From Nitrospirota bacterium (GTDB lineage Bacteria > Nitrospirota > Thermodesulfovibrionia > Thermodesulfovibrionales > Dissulfurispiraceae): a stretch of 64,000 nucleotides of DNA. The stretch lies in assembly GCA_963710375.1 (NCBI GenBank), contig CAVPZX010000005.1:192001-256000 (forward strand), in the 5' to 3' direction. The notes under the pieces were generated by a model, which saw nothing but the letters and a program-made list of their open reading frames with translations, was not told where the DNA came from and searched no databases. Positions 36,008 through 46,809 of this stretch are shown here, in pieces (positions within the stretch are counted from its first letter, which is position 1; each line of letters opens with the position of its first letter). The translations under genes and the position numbers were made by a program.

Positions 36008-37852
36008 ATGAAGGGTATGAAGGACATAGTATTATTTGCTAATTGGGGCCTTGGAGCCTCCGTGTTAAACAGTCTTCTAAAAAATGGGTTTTCTGTCCGA
36101 GCAGTGGTCACACAGTATGATGCCTCAAAAAACAACGACCCTTTCTTTAATGGTGTTTACAATGCGGCAAAGAAATATGGCCTGAAGGTTTTTACAAGTC
36201 ATAAAGGCCTGCTTTGCAGCAGCTTGAGACTCAACGATGCAATCGGGATCTCAGTAACGTATAACAAAATCCTGGATGCTGAAATACTTGCCAAACTCAA
36301 GATTGTTATAAATTTTCACCCTTCCAGACTCCCCGAGTACAGGGGGCCCTCGCCAATAGCGTGGCAACTAATGCATCTTCAAAAAAAACTCGCTTTTACT
36401 GCTCACTTTGTTAGTTCACTCATAGATGGAGGAGATATTTTAGCGCAGGAAAACTATCCTATTGACTATAGGCTTCGATACGATGCGTTTATTGAAAACG
36501 TCAATGCTGTTTTTGCCTCTTTTATCATAAAAACGGTCCGTTGCTATTGTTCAGGACGTCTCAAAGCTACGCCAGTTGCTCATCTATGCAGTGAGGCCAA
36601 CTATTATCCGCATTTGCGGATCCCGAATGCTGTCAAGCACGCTACCCTCAAAGAGGTGTCGGCATTCCTAAACAGGCCGAGGCTGATATTTTTTACGGGG
36701 AATAGGGCTGAGTTCGGAATATTATTCCCGCTTATCATAGAACTTTCGAAAAAATATTTTATTGATATTGTAGTATCAGGCGCTCATATGCTGAAGCCAT
36801 GGTTCACTATCAGAGAAATCGAAGAAAAATTAAAGACCTTTCAGGTGCCTGCTGCAATTGCAACGATACAACTTGACGGATTAAAAGACGTCTACTCCGA
36901 ATCCCTGTCAAAAATATACAAAGAAACAATCACTCTTCTGAACGACAAAAATCGGTATCAATTTGCTATTGTCCTTGGTGACAGAATTGAAACATTCGGT
37001 TTTACTTTGGCCTGCTTTTATAAAAAAATACCCATCATTCACGTAAACGGCGGCGATATAGCAAATGTGCCGTATTTTGATACAAACGTCAGACACAGTA
37101 TAACAAAGCTGGCGCATGTTCACCTGACAACAAACGCTCTCAGTTGCCAAGTGGTAAAACAACTGGGTGAAGAACAGTGGCGGATTCATGACATAGGAAA
37201 TCTGAGTTACGATTATGACCGGCTCCGCATGCTTAGTTCAGCCGGAGCAATTGAGAAAGATTTAAATGTGAACAGGAATGAACTTATCATAATTTACACC
37301 TACCATCCGTCCCACAACAAAAGCTGTGACCAGAACTATTCTGATTTTAAAATGATTTTAGGAGTATTAAAAGGAACGGGGAAAAAAGTGATTGTTACCT
37401 ATCCGAATAACGATCCCGGTGGTGAAAAAATAATTGACCGCCTGGAAACGATGAGTAATAATGACCCAGCTTTTATTGTTGTTCAAAATCTCGGGACACT
37501 AAGACTGCTGTCACTATTAAAATATTTTAGGGCCATTGTAGTCGGCAATTCAAGCAGTGTTCTCACCGAAACCGCGTTCTATCGTGTTCCTGGAGTCAAT
37601 ATCGGCGAACGACAAACAGACCGCTTCAGGGGCACTAATGTTTTTGACTGCGCATTAAAGAAAGAAGATATTATGCGCATAATTATCAAAATAATTAAGA
37701 ATTATAATCAGCTGCGTGACGGCTTCAACTCGTCGCAATATTTTTTTGGGGATGGTAAAGCAGCACTCAAAGCTGTTAAAATTGTAAATAAGCTTATTGC
37801 AATACCTAAAGAAGAGCTTTTGTTTAAGAAATTTAGAACCAGTTTTTCATAA
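36008..37852 (+). CDS. Fusion of formyltransferase domain and hydrolysing NDP-sugar 2-epimerase (NeuC/LegG-like)
   Basis: N-terminal INFHPSRLPEYRG; from about residue 222 FTGNRAEFG, LGDRIE, HVNGGD, RHSITKLAH, YPNNDPG, VGNSS, NIGERQ..R. Confidence 0.88.
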   Translation: MKGMKDIVLFANWGLGASVLNSLLKNGFSVRAVVTQYDASKNNDPFFNGVYNAAKKYGLKVFTSHKGLLCSSLRLNDAIGISVTYNKILDAEILAKLKIVINFHPSRLPEYRGPSPIAWQLMHLQKKLAFTAHFVSSLIDGGDILAQENYPIDYRLRYDAFIENVNAVFASFIIKTVRCYCSGRLKATPVAHLCSEANYYPHLRIPNAVKHATLKEVSAFLNRPRLIFFTGNRAEFGILFPLIIELSKKYFIDIVVSGAHMLKPWFTIREIEEKLKTFQVPAAIATIQLDGLKDVYSESLSKIYKETITLLNDKNRYQFAIVLGDRIETFGFTLACFYKKIPIIHVNGGDIANVPYFDTNVRHSITKLAHVHLTTNALSCQVVKQLGEEQWRIHDIGNLSYDYDRLRMLSSAGAIEKDLNVNRNELIIIYTYHPSHNKSCDQNYSDFKMILGVLKGTGKKVIVTYPNNDPGGEKIIDRLETMSNNDPAFIVVQNLGTLRLLSLLKYFRAIVVGNSSSVLTETAFYRVPGVNIGERQTDRFRGTNVFDCALKKEDIMRIIIKIIKNYNQLRDGFNSSQYFFGDGKAALKAVKIVNKLIAIPKEELLFKKFRTSFS

Positions 37853-37878
37853 AGCAACGTTATTCAGAGGGAACGACT

Positions 37879-38634
37879 ATGAGAGAATCCATTGCAACTA
37901 AGACAAAATTATCTGACGCTGAACACATGGTACAGAACGAATTGCTGAATCTTTTTAAAAGCTGTCCCATGCCTGAGAATGAAACCATAGTTAACCTTGG
38001 CTTGTTTTTAAGACGTCAGGAGTTATCAAGAATTCTGTTCATGCACGAGTTATATCAGCACATACTCAATACTAACGGCATCATCCTGGAGTTTGGCGTA
38101 CGATGGGGGCAGAATCTTGCATTGTTCCAGGCATTGCGCGGGATGTATGAGCCATACAATTATCTCAGAAAAATTGTTGGGTTCGATAGCTTTGCGGGCT
38201 TTCAATCAGTTGATGATAAAGATGGCAATACTGATTTCACATCACAAGGAGCTTATTCTGTGACACAAGGATACGAGGAATACCTGCAAAAAATTCTTGA
38301 CTGTCATGAGCAGGAAAGTCCTTTGAACCATATAAAGAAACATGCTCTCATCAAAGGAGATGCAACTGTAACTATTAGTCAGTTTCTGAAAGAAAATCCT
38401 GAAACAATCATCGCTCTGGCTTATTTTGATTTTGACATTTATAAGCCTACCCTCAAATGCCTTGAAGCAATAAAAGGGCACCTTACGAAAGGAAGCGTCA
38501 TCGGCTTTGACGAGTTAAATACCCACGAGTTCCCGGGTGAAACCATTGCGCTTAAGGAGGTCTTCGGACTTGATAAGTATAAAATTCGCCGGTCGCTTTA
38601 CAATCCGGCGCCTTCCTACATTATAATTGATTGA
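37879..38634 (+). CDS. TylF/MycF-like sugar O-methyltransferase
   Basis: ILEFGVRWG, GFDSFAGF, KGDA, YFDFDIY.PT, GSVIGFDE, FPGET.A. Confidence 0.78.
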   Translation: MRESIATKTKLSDAEHMVQNELLNLFKSCPMPENETIVNLGLFLRRQELSRILFMHELYQHILNTNGIILEFGVRWGQNLALFQALRGMYEPYNYLRKIVGFDSFAGFQSVDDKDGNTDFTSQGAYSVTQGYEEYLQKILDCHEQESPLNHIKKHALIKGDATVTISQFLKENPETIIALAYFDFDIYKPTLKCLEAIKGHLTKGSVIGFDELNTHEFPGETIALKEVFGLDKYKIRRSLYNPAPSYIIID

Positions 38635-38737
38635 TGACGATAAGTTGTAACTAGGTAAAAGAATACCGGCATTAGAACTCTCCCTTAATTGATATGCAGA
38701 TGGGAAAAGGTCTTTTTCCACGGATTAAAAAGAACTG

Positions 38738-40783
38738 ATGAAAGCCACGAAACAGCGGTGCAGAATATTTTTAGGCGATTTAACCTATTATAACAACTAC
38801 ACACTTGCCAGAATACCCATTCCCCTTAATGTCGGCTATATTACGAGCTATCTGAAATATTTGTACGGTAACGAATGTGATGTGATAATTTTCAAAAATC
38901 CGGAGCAACTGCTTAGTGCAGCAAGAACCAAGCCGCCGGACATTTTAGGATTGTCCTGCTATCTTTGGAATCAAAATCTCGATATCCTTGTGGCCAAACG
39001 CATTAAAGAACTTATACCGGACTGCCTCACTGTTATAGGGGGCCCTAATGTCGATACAGATCCTGAGGAACAGTACAAACTCTATTCAGCGTTTAATGGA
39101 GCCGCAGATATTCTGGTAGTCAACGATGGTGAGCTTGGATTCTCAAATATAGTAGGTCGCTTGTTGTCTGTTGGAAAAGATAAATTATATGATGCTCCTA
39201 TTGATGGTTGCGTCTTCTTTGCCGATGCAATAAATCGAGTCTCAGGCAAGGATATCGGGTTGTCCCTGGATTTAAATACGGTACCCTCTCCCATTTTGGA
39301 GGGCATTCTGGATGATTTTTTAGTTTCCTCTTTTTCTCCTATGCTCCACACATCGAGAGGATGCCCCTATAACTGTACATATTGTGCTCATGGAAAGTTA
39401 AAAGAAAAAATAAGAACTTTTCCGGTAGATATCGTCAAAGAAGAAATTCTGTATCTGGCTAAGAAATATCGTGACTTTCCCCACAAAACGCTTATCATAA
39501 CGGACGATAATTTCGGCATAAAAGACCGGGATATCGAGATAGCAAAATGCCTCGTTGAAACTAAAGATCAAATAGGCTATCCACAACAAATCCATACTTA
39601 TTTTGATAAAAATTTCTCCTCAACCGTCAGGGAAACCGCCTATCTTCTCGCCGATATAAACTTTGGAGGGCTACAGGTTGGTTTCCAGTCGTTCAACCCG
39701 TCAACGTTGAATGCCATAAACAGGAAGCCTGTGACTGAAGATAAACTGAATACCTTTATTACATGGGCCCGAGAAAACAATTTCGAAATAAGCTGTGATC
39801 TCATTTACGGGCTTCCTTTTGAAACAAAAGAATCGTTTCTCACAAACCTGGAATATGTTATCTGCAAAAGCATCGATCAAATTGTAGTTATGAATCTTCA
39901 ACTTATGCCTGGAACTATTATGAACAAAAAAAGCGAACGAGAGGCTTTTGGGTTTGTCACTAAGTACAGACCATTATTTTCAAATGATTTTGGTATTATT
40001 GACGGGTGTTTCGTGACCGAAAGTCAAGAAGTGGTCGTGTCGTCGTTTCACGCATCTTTTCAAGATTACCTCGATACCAGAAAAATCATGTTATTGGTAT
40101 ATGTTGTTTGGGCCATGGGATATTTCAGAAAGGTCTTTGATTATTTAATCAGCAAAGATTACAAGATCATTCCCATTCTTGAAAAAATAATGAATCCTTC
40201 TCTGCATCTGCGGGCTGATGCCTTTGAGGAATTAGACGCTCAGGATTGCCAGACCTTTGTTAATGATTATGTGTCTGCTGCACAAGCAGAACTTTATGAT
40301 AGTGAAAGCATGCTATATGAAGACCTGAAGAAAAAATATGAAGCAAACATCGGAGCAATAAGCGAGCCGACACGTCTTAACGTCTATTATGGATCACGAC
40401 TGATATATTCAGAAAGAAAATGGTTTGGCAAAATACTGTTGAAAATCATAGAGGATGAACCTGCAAACAATCATGACATGACGATCATTAAAGACCTCAT
40501 AAGCGTTGCAGAAGAAGAGTGGCTGAATGTTTTGGCCCCTGAGGAAGGAAAAACTCTTTTAGTCAAAAGTGAGACACTGCAATATTTAGGTCTTACACCG
40601 ACGAATGGTTGCTGCAATGAGCACTCCATAAAAATGAGCGCGTCAGAGTCGCAGATCAAGAAAATACAATCCTATGTAAAACAGTTCCGGGCAAAAACAG
40701 ACGATATCTCTTTCTATTACAATATTATGGATAACATTACGCCTCGACGCTGTTTGCGATATGAGCTTATGCGCATCGTCTGA
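38738..40783 (+). CDS. Cobalamin-binding radical SAM protein
   Basis: B12-binding-like N-terminus (PLNVGYI, GLSCYLWN, IGGPN); SRGCPYNCTYC; DDNFG; IYGLP.ET. Confidence 0.9.
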   Translation: MKATKQRCRIFLGDLTYYNNYTLARIPIPLNVGYITSYLKYLYGNECDVIIFKNPEQLLSAARTKPPDILGLSCYLWNQNLDILVAKRIKELIPDCLTVIGGPNVDTDPEEQYKLYSAFNGAADILVVNDGELGFSNIVGRLLSVGKDKLYDAPIDGCVFFADAINRVSGKDIGLSLDLNTVPSPILEGILDDFLVSSFSPMLHTSRGCPYNCTYCAHGKLKEKIRTFPVDIVKEEILYLAKKYRDFPHKTLIITDDNFGIKDRDIEIAKCLVETKDQIGYPQQIHTYFDKNFSSTVRETAYLLADINFGGLQVGFQSFNPSTLNAINRKPVTEDKLNTFITWARENNFEISCDLIYGLPFETKESFLTNLEYVICKSIDQIVVMNLQLMPGTIMNKKSEREAFGFVTKYRPLFSNDFGIIDGCFVTESQEVVVSSFHASFQDYLDTRKIMLLVYVVWAMGYFRKVFDYLISKDYKIIPILEKIMNPSLHLRADAFEELDAQDCQTFVNDYVSAAQAELYDSESMLYEDLKKKYEANIGAISEPTRLNVYYGSRLIYSERKWFGKILLKIIEDEPANNHDMTIIKDLISVAEEEWLNVLAPEEGKTLLVKSETLQYLGLTPTNGCCNEHSIKMSASESQIKKIQSYVKQFRAKTDDISFYYNIMDNITPRRCLRYELMRIV

Positions 40784-40822
40784 ATGCTTGCAAGCGGGAC
40801 ACTTCCGTAAAAGGAGAACAGA

Positions 40823-41926
40823 GTGTATTACTACTTTAACCTTCAGTCACTAATTGATGACGGACTATCTGAAATGAATTTTTCAGATGAGGATCCCGCC
40901 TGTATTCTCGTCGATAATGATTTGCGAGTCATAGGCAATAAAAAAGCATATGTCGAGGCATTATCATCTAATGCACGCTATATTAAAGGGAAACGGCTCA
41001 ATCTTAATAGTGAAAATCCTCCCTTTCCCCAATCTGTTGGAATTGAAATATCAAGCCAATGCAACTATCAGTGCAAAATGTGTCCGAGGAGAAAACTTAC
41101 GCGACCCTCAATAAATATGGATCCGGGGATATTTTATAAAGTGGTGGATGAGATAAGGCATTATGATATAAAAATGCTTGGATTATACAGACTTGGAGAA
41201 TCCTTAAAACATCCGCAATTTTTTGACTTTTTGAATTATATAGGCCGGTTTGATTCCCTGCGGAACACTTTTCTAAGTACCAACGGTGGTCTTCTTACTG
41301 AGAAAGTTATAGGAAAGCTTTTATCCAGTAGCCTCAAATTTCTTAACATTTCTATGAATGCCCTTGATCGGGAAACGTATCAGTTAATAACAGGCAGAGA
41401 TCATTTTGACAAAGTTTTGACTATTTCACGGTCGATTAAAAAACTTAAGATTAAGCGCACACCTTTTATTTCATTCCAGTTTTTAGAGCAAGATGTAACC
41501 TTTGGACAAGTTGAGAAATTTGTCGAAGAGTATATAGAGTATGCTGACTTTGTGGAAAATTCCGTATTGGAAGACTTCGGAGGGCAATTGACAGACAATG
41601 CGAAATTTCTTGAATCTTCAAGGTATGCAAACATTGACAGTGGACCCCGCCCCTGTCCACGATCCAAATCGGGACATGCGCTCATTTACTCAAACGGCGA
41701 TGTCGTGCCGTGCATTTGCGATATTAATGCGCAATATATCAAGGTCGGCAATATAAATACGTCTTCCCTTAAGGACATGTATGAAGGTGAAGCCTGGACG
41801 TCTTTTCGAAAAATGCATGAGGAAAGGGCCTTTGCGGATCATCCGCTTTGCGGCAAATGCAGGGATCGTCTTATTTTTGATTTATCAAAAACAAGAGACA
41901 AAAAACTCACCTCCGCGAAATCATAA
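40823..41926 (+). CDS. Radical SAM protein with SPASM/twitch-type C-terminus
   Basis: CNYQCKMC, GESL.HP, STNG; C-terminal PC...GDVVPC.CD....GNI...C..C. Confidence 0.88.
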   Translation: MYYYFNLQSLIDDGLSEMNFSDEDPACILVDNDLRVIGNKKAYVEALSSNARYIKGKRLNLNSENPPFPQSVGIEISSQCNYQCKMCPRRKLTRPSINMDPGIFYKVVDEIRHYDIKMLGLYRLGESLKHPQFFDFLNYIGRFDSLRNTFLSTNGGLLTEKVIGKLLSSSLKFLNISMNALDRETYQLITGRDHFDKVLTISRSIKKLKIKRTPFISFQFLEQDVTFGQVEKFVEEYIEYADFVENSVLEDFGGQLTDNAKFLESSRYANIDSGPRPCPRSKSGHALIYSNGDVVPCICDINAQYIKVGNINTSSLKDMYEGEAWTSFRKMHEERAFADHPLCGKCRDRLIFDLSKTRDKKLTSAKS

Positions 41927-41928
41927 CG

Positions 41929-42600
41929 ATGAAAAAACGGGTCTTAGTAGTGGCGCCTCATCCGGACGATGAAACACTTGGATGCGGTGGTACGCTTCTT
42001 AAACATAACGCTATGGGCGATAAAATATTTTGCCTGTTTGTCACCAACATTTCTATAGATCAGCGCTATGGGTCTCGAAGAATTGCCCAGAGACAGCGAG
42101 AAATTGATTCCGTAGCAAAAGAATATGGCATGGAGAAGATATTAAAACTCGATTATCCCGCAGCAGAGCTGGATACCATACCATTAGGACACCTCGTAGA
42201 AAAGATCCAACAAGCGCTTGTGGAACTGACGCCATCTGTCGTTTATATACCCAACCGCGGCGATATTCATTCGGACCACACTATAACGTTTACAGCCGCC
42301 ATAAGCGCTATAAAAACATTTCGCTGCCCGTTTGTCCAAAGAGTCATGATGTATGAAACTGTTTCTGAAAGCGAATTTGCTCCACCACTGTTTGAAGCGG
42401 CTTTTCTGCCCAACAGTTTTTCGGATATATCGGATTTTCTCGCAAAAAAAATAGAAATTATGCAAATTTATAAAAGCGAACTTGGGGCGCATCCTTTCCC
42501 TCGAAGCATAGAAAACATTACGGCGCTTGCTACGCTCAGAGGGGCCACGGCAGGGTTCAAATATGCCGAAGCGTTCATGATGATAAAGGAACGCTGGTAA
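41929..42600 (+). CDS. PIG-L/LmbE-family de-N-acetylase
   Basis: APHPDDETLGCGG, DIHSDH, HPFPRS, AEAF. Confidence 0.92.
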   Translation: MKKRVLVVAPHPDDETLGCGGTLLKHNAMGDKIFCLFVTNISIDQRYGSRRIAQRQREIDSVAKEYGMEKILKLDYPAAELDTIPLGHLVEKIQQALVELTPSVVYIPNRGDIHSDHTITFTAAISAIKTFRCPFVQRVMMYETVSESEFAPPLFEAAFLPNSFSDISDFLAKKIEIMQIYKSELGAHPFPRSIENITALATLRGATAGFKYAEAFMMIKERW

Positions 42601-42604
42601 TATC

Positions 42605-43672
42605 ATGGAAAACGCAAAACTCAATTCACTCTTGATCCCTCCTGATACCACCATAAAACGGGCGATGCAACTTTTGAATAAGACGGCTGAAAAAATACTT
42701 TTTATTACCGATGAAAAGAAGAAGCTTATGGGCACACTGACTGATGGAGACATCAGGCGAGCACTTATAAATGGCATGCAATTTAGTGCCCCCGTTGATG
42801 CAGTGATGTTTACCTTGTTTGTTTTCATCAGCAGTGATGAAACGAACAAAAAAGAGAAAGCAAAAAAGATAATGCTGGAAAAAGGCATAGAACAATTGCC
42901 GGTTGTGACAAGAGAAAAATGTATTGTTGACGTACTGGTCTGGACAGATATTTTTGACGACACTATACTCAGCACAGAAAAGCATTGCTTCGAAAATTCA
43001 ATAGTAATAATGGCGGGAGGTAAAGGGACGAGACTTGATCCCTTTACCAGAATATTGCCTAAGCCGTTAATTCCGGTAGGAGACAAAACTGTTATAGAAT
43101 TGATAATGGAAAATTTTTCCAAAAGAGGTTTTTATAATTTTATTTTCACACTCAATTACAAAAAAGATTACATCAAAATGTTCCTGAAAGAGAGCGACTT
43201 TTCCTATAACATCAGTTTGGTGGAGGAGGAGGCCTACTTGGGAACATCGGGAAGCTTGTCCCTTTTAAAAAACATGATAACCGATACTTTCATAGTTACG
43301 AATTGTGATATTCTTCTTGATGCTAATTATGCTGATATTGTTAAGTGGCACAAGGAAAACAATAATATCATTACAATTGTCGGTTGTCACAAAGAGATAA
43401 ATATTCCTTATGGGATACTGGAAATGGATAAGGGCGTACTCTCAAGTTTTCATGAAAAGCCCAAATATGATGTTCTTATCAATACCGGTCTTTATGTGAT
43501 CGAACCTGAAGTTATTTCGCTTATCGCGGAAAACCGTTACATGGACATGAATATCCTTATTGAATCTGCGTCCCATAAGGGAAAGGTGTCGGTTTACCCG
43601 GTGCACGAAGGTTTTTTTGACATCGGGCAGTGGGAAGAGTACAGAAAAACTGTAGAGCAATTTTCAAAATAG
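42605..43672 (+). CDS. CBS-domain nucleotidyltransferase (PtmE/LegX-like)
   Basis: N-terminal CBS pair (TDGDIRR); MAGGKGTRL.PFT..LPKPL; TNCD; DIG. Confidence 0.88.
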   Translation: MENAKLNSLLIPPDTTIKRAMQLLNKTAEKILFITDEKKKLMGTLTDGDIRRALINGMQFSAPVDAVMFTLFVFISSDETNKKEKAKKIMLEKGIEQLPVVTREKCIVDVLVWTDIFDDTILSTEKHCFENSIVIMAGGKGTRLDPFTRILPKPLIPVGDKTVIELIMENFSKRGFYNFIFTLNYKKDYIKMFLKESDFSYNISLVEEEAYLGTSGSLSLLKNMITDTFIVTNCDILLDANYADIVKWHKENNNIITIVGCHKEINIPYGILEMDKGVLSSFHEKPKYDVLINTGLYVIEPEVISLIAENRYMDMNILIESASHKGKVSVYPVHEGFFDIGQWEEYRKTVEQFSK

Positions 43673-43677
43673 CAAAC

Positions 43678-44685
43678 ATGAAACCTTTCAAAGCAGGAGT
43701 TATAGGACTCGGTAACATAGGCTTCCGCTTCAACCTCGACCCAAAACGTAAAGAAACGTGGAGCCACGTCTCCGCATATGAGAGGTGTCAGGATACTGAA
43801 CTCGCAGCAGCGGTCGAAATAAACCGTGAAACCATCGACCTCTTCAGTCAGCAATACGGTAACGTACCTGTGTTTGATTCAGTGGGACGTATGATGGAGC
43901 ATCTGGACATAGACATCGCATCTATCTGTACTCCTACGGAAAGCCATGCCGCTATCCTTGAGGAACTGGCAGCATATCCGGTCAAGGCCATCTTCTGCGA
44001 AAAGCCCTTTGCTGCCTCGATTGACGAAGGGGCACGGATGGTCCGGTTGTGCGAGGGGAACGGCATAGTCCTTGCGGTCAACCACACGAGGCGGTGGGAT
44101 GCAGGATATATCACTGTCCGGGACATGATACGCGACGGGAAGATTGGAAATGTTACCGCTATTAACGCACTCTACCCGGGACAGGTGTTCAACATAGGTA
44201 CCCATCTTATTGACACCGTGCGGATGTTCATAGAAAAAGATGTGCGTGCAGTAAGCGGCATCTCCTTCAATATCGATAACCGGGACCCTAACATATCAGG
44301 TTGGATTGATTTCGGAGGTTGTATTCCTTTTACAATGTTAGCCACTGGAAAACGCGAAGACTTGATCTTCGAAATAGACGTGGTAGGCACTGAAGGAAGG
44401 ATTCGTAGCTTGGAAAACGGTGACAAAGTGGAATGGTACGCCTTTGATGAAAGTCAACGATATTCCGGCTATCGGGAACTTGTGCCGATGCCGGTAAAGC
44501 CTGTATCCAAAAATGACAGGCTTGTTGAAGCTGTAAAGGACATCACTGCGGTGTTAAAAGGGGAGAAGAAGACTGTAAATTGTGCCGGAATTGACGGTTT
44601 ATTGGCAGTATCTATTGCTCTCTCTCTGGAGGAATCTGGAAAAAACAACGGCAGACCGGTTTCTCTTGTCAGAACCGTTTCTTAA
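43678..44685 (+). CDS. Gfo/Idh/MocA oxidoreductase
   Basis: GVIGLGNIG, ICTPT..H, FCEKP, VNHTRRW. Confidence 0.9.
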   Translation: MKPFKAGVIGLGNIGFRFNLDPKRKETWSHVSAYERCQDTELAAAVEINRETIDLFSQQYGNVPVFDSVGRMMEHLDIDIASICTPTESHAAILEELAAYPVKAIFCEKPFAASIDEGARMVRLCEGNGIVLAVNHTRRWDAGYITVRDMIRDGKIGNVTAINALYPGQVFNIGTHLIDTVRMFIEKDVRAVSGISFNIDNRDPNISGWIDFGGCIPFTMLATGKREDLIFEIDVVGTEGRIRSLENGDKVEWYAFDESQRYSGYRELVPMPVKPVSKNDRLVEAVKDITAVLKGEKKTVNCAGIDGLLAVSIALSLEESGKNNGRPVSLVRTVS

Positions 44686-44718
44686 GCAATCCTGATTAAT
44701 TATAAAAAGAGGTGCAGA

Positions 44719-46089
44719 GTGTTAGAACTATCATTATTCGGCGGCGATCCAGTAAGAAAAAAGCCCTTTCAGAGCTCGGTAGTGGTGGACGAAAAAGAAT
44801 GGGACTACATTAGCCAGGTACTCCGGAACAAGGAGTTTTCCCGTTTTATGGGAAGCCCCTCCAAAGATATCGGCACGCTTTTGACTATGCCGTCCGACGA
44901 CGCTGAGGACTTGGAAGGGCAGTATTTCAGCTTTCTGGGCGGTAGGATGGTCCGTAAATTCGAGGCCGAGTTCGCCGGGAAGTTTGGCGTACCCTACGCA
45001 ATATCTCTCAACTCTGCAACTTCCGGCCTTTCTACAGCGTTGGGCGCCGCAGGCGTAGGTCCCGGTGATGAAGTGATTACCACCTGTATGTCCTTCAACG
45101 CCACGGCCCTCAGCATCCTGCTGTTTAATTCCATCCCCGTTTTCGTCGATGTCGATCCAGGGACCTTCTGTCTTGATCCCATGGAAGTCGAGAAAGCAAT
45201 TACCCCTAAAACTCGGGCAATTATGGTTGTGCACCTTTTCGGCAATGCAGCAGACATGGATGTCATTATGAAGATAGCGGAACGTCACAATCTTGTGGTT
45301 ATAGAGGATTGCGCCCAAGCTCCAGGTACAAAATATAAGGGGAAATACGTTGGAACAATCGGCCACATGGGCGTATTCAGTTTTCAGGAAACAAAGAACA
45401 TGATGACCGGTGAAGGAGGTATGATCATCACCGCAAACCCTGAATTCGCCCAAAAAGCCCGGCTCATTCGCAATCACGGCGAGTCGGTCCCCGATGATAC
45501 GTGGTATGATGACTCTTTAGTGAACCTGATTGGAATGAACTTCAGGATGACGGAGTTGACTGCAGCCCTGGGCATTGCGCAATTGGCAAAACTTGATGAA
45601 AACAACCGGATCAGGACGAACAACGCGCGGTACCTATCTGAAGAGCTTTCCGGTCTGCCCGGACTCACTATACCTGTCGTGATGCACGATGCTGTTCCTC
45701 ATAGTTTCCCTATGCTTTATGATGAGAAAGAGACGGGAGTGGAGCGGCATAAAGTGCTCATGGCGTTGAGGAGCGAAGGTATACCTGTCGGCTCCGGCTA
45801 TCTGCGCCTCATGTATGAAAATCCAATTTTCCTGAGGAAAATAGCTTACGGCAAGCATCATTGTCCGTGGTCCTGCCATCTCTACAATGCTGACCGTGAG
45901 TACAAACAAGGGGATTGTCCAACCGGAGAAAGGCTCCTCAGAGAGCAATTTATCTGGTTTTATCATATTAACAGGCCAAACACTATTGACGACATGAAGG
46001 ATGTGGTAAGGGCTTTCAACAAAGTGTTTGACAGGCTCGGCGATCTTAGAAATGCTGAGATCGACGGCACTTTGAGCTATAAATGGTGA
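44719..46089 (+). CDS. DegT/DnrJ/EryC1 PLP aminotransferase
   Basis: NSATSGL, IEDCAQAPG, SFQETKNMMTGEGG, GMNFRMTE. Confidence 0.9.
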   Translation: MLELSLFGGDPVRKKPFQSSVVVDEKEWDYISQVLRNKEFSRFMGSPSKDIGTLLTMPSDDAEDLEGQYFSFLGGRMVRKFEAEFAGKFGVPYAISLNSATSGLSTALGAAGVGPGDEVITTCMSFNATALSILLFNSIPVFVDVDPGTFCLDPMEVEKAITPKTRAIMVVHLFGNAADMDVIMKIAERHNLVVIEDCAQAPGTKYKGKYVGTIGHMGVFSFQETKNMMTGEGGMIITANPEFAQKARLIRNHGESVPDDTWYDDSLVNLIGMNFRMTELTAALGIAQLAKLDENNRIRTNNARYLSEELSGLPGLTIPVVMHDAVPHSFPMLYDEKETGVERHKVLMALRSEGIPVGSGYLRLMYENPIFLRKIAYGKHHCPWSCHLYNADREYKQGDCPTGERLLREQFIWFYHINRPNTIDDMKDVVRAFNKVFDRLGDLRNAEIDGTLSYKW

Positions 46090-46805
46090 GAGCAATGGAG
46101 AACGCCCTTAACATCGTCGGGATCATTCATGCAAGGGGAGGGTCCAAACGGATTCCACTGAAAAACATAAAACCCCTCGGCGGCAAACCGCTTATTCATT
46201 ACATGGTAAAGGCGGCCCTGGGCAGCAAGTATCTGAGAAGAGTAATCGTTTCTACCGACCATGAAGGGATAAAAAGGGCTTCAATCGAAGCCGGAGCAGA
46301 GGCGCCTTTTGTCAGACCTGCGCATCTTTCAGAGGATTGCCCATCAGAGTGGGTCACCATGCATGCCGTGGAGTTTGTGGAAAACGATGAGAATAACAAA
46401 GTCGATATTGTGGTAAGTATGCAGCCAACGACCCCTTTCTGTTTGAGTACTGATATAGACGCATGCATTGAACTTCTTATAAAGGAGGAGCGGTTTGATT
46501 CAACTTTCTCCTGTAAAATAATTCATGAACGGCCCGAATGGATGTTTACTGTTCAGGATAATAACAGCGCGGAACTGTTTCTTGGAGGAGAAATCAAGGG
46601 CGAGCGCGGCGTTTTTCAATCGCTTCAGCGCATGGTTATGCCCAACGGAGCGGTCTACGCCACACGGAGGGATACCCTGTTCAAGGAGGGAGTGATTATC
46701 TCTAAAAAAACAGGCGTGCACATTATGCCGCCTGAACGGTCGGTTGACATCGACGAACCTATAGACTTTCTGTTTTCGGAATTTCTAATTGAAAAAATGA
46801 GGTGA
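46083..46805 (+). CDS. CMP-nonulosonate cytidylyltransferase (NeuA/LegF-like)
   Basis: ARGGSKRIPLKN, VSTD, RP..LS.D, QPTTP, PNGAVY, SVDIDE. Start may be 46095. Confidence 0.92.
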   Translation: MVRAMENALNIVGIIHARGGSKRIPLKNIKPLGGKPLIHYMVKAALGSKYLRRVIVSTDHEGIKRASIEAGAEAPFVRPAHLSEDCPSEWVTMHAVEFVENDENNKVDIVVSMQPTTPFCLSTDIDACIELLIKEERFDSTFSCKIIHERPEWMFTVQDNNSAELFLGGEIKGERGVFQSLQRMVMPNGAVYATRRDTLFKEGVIISKKTGVHIMPPERSVDIDEPIDFLFSEFLIEKMR

Positions 46806-46809
46806 TATG

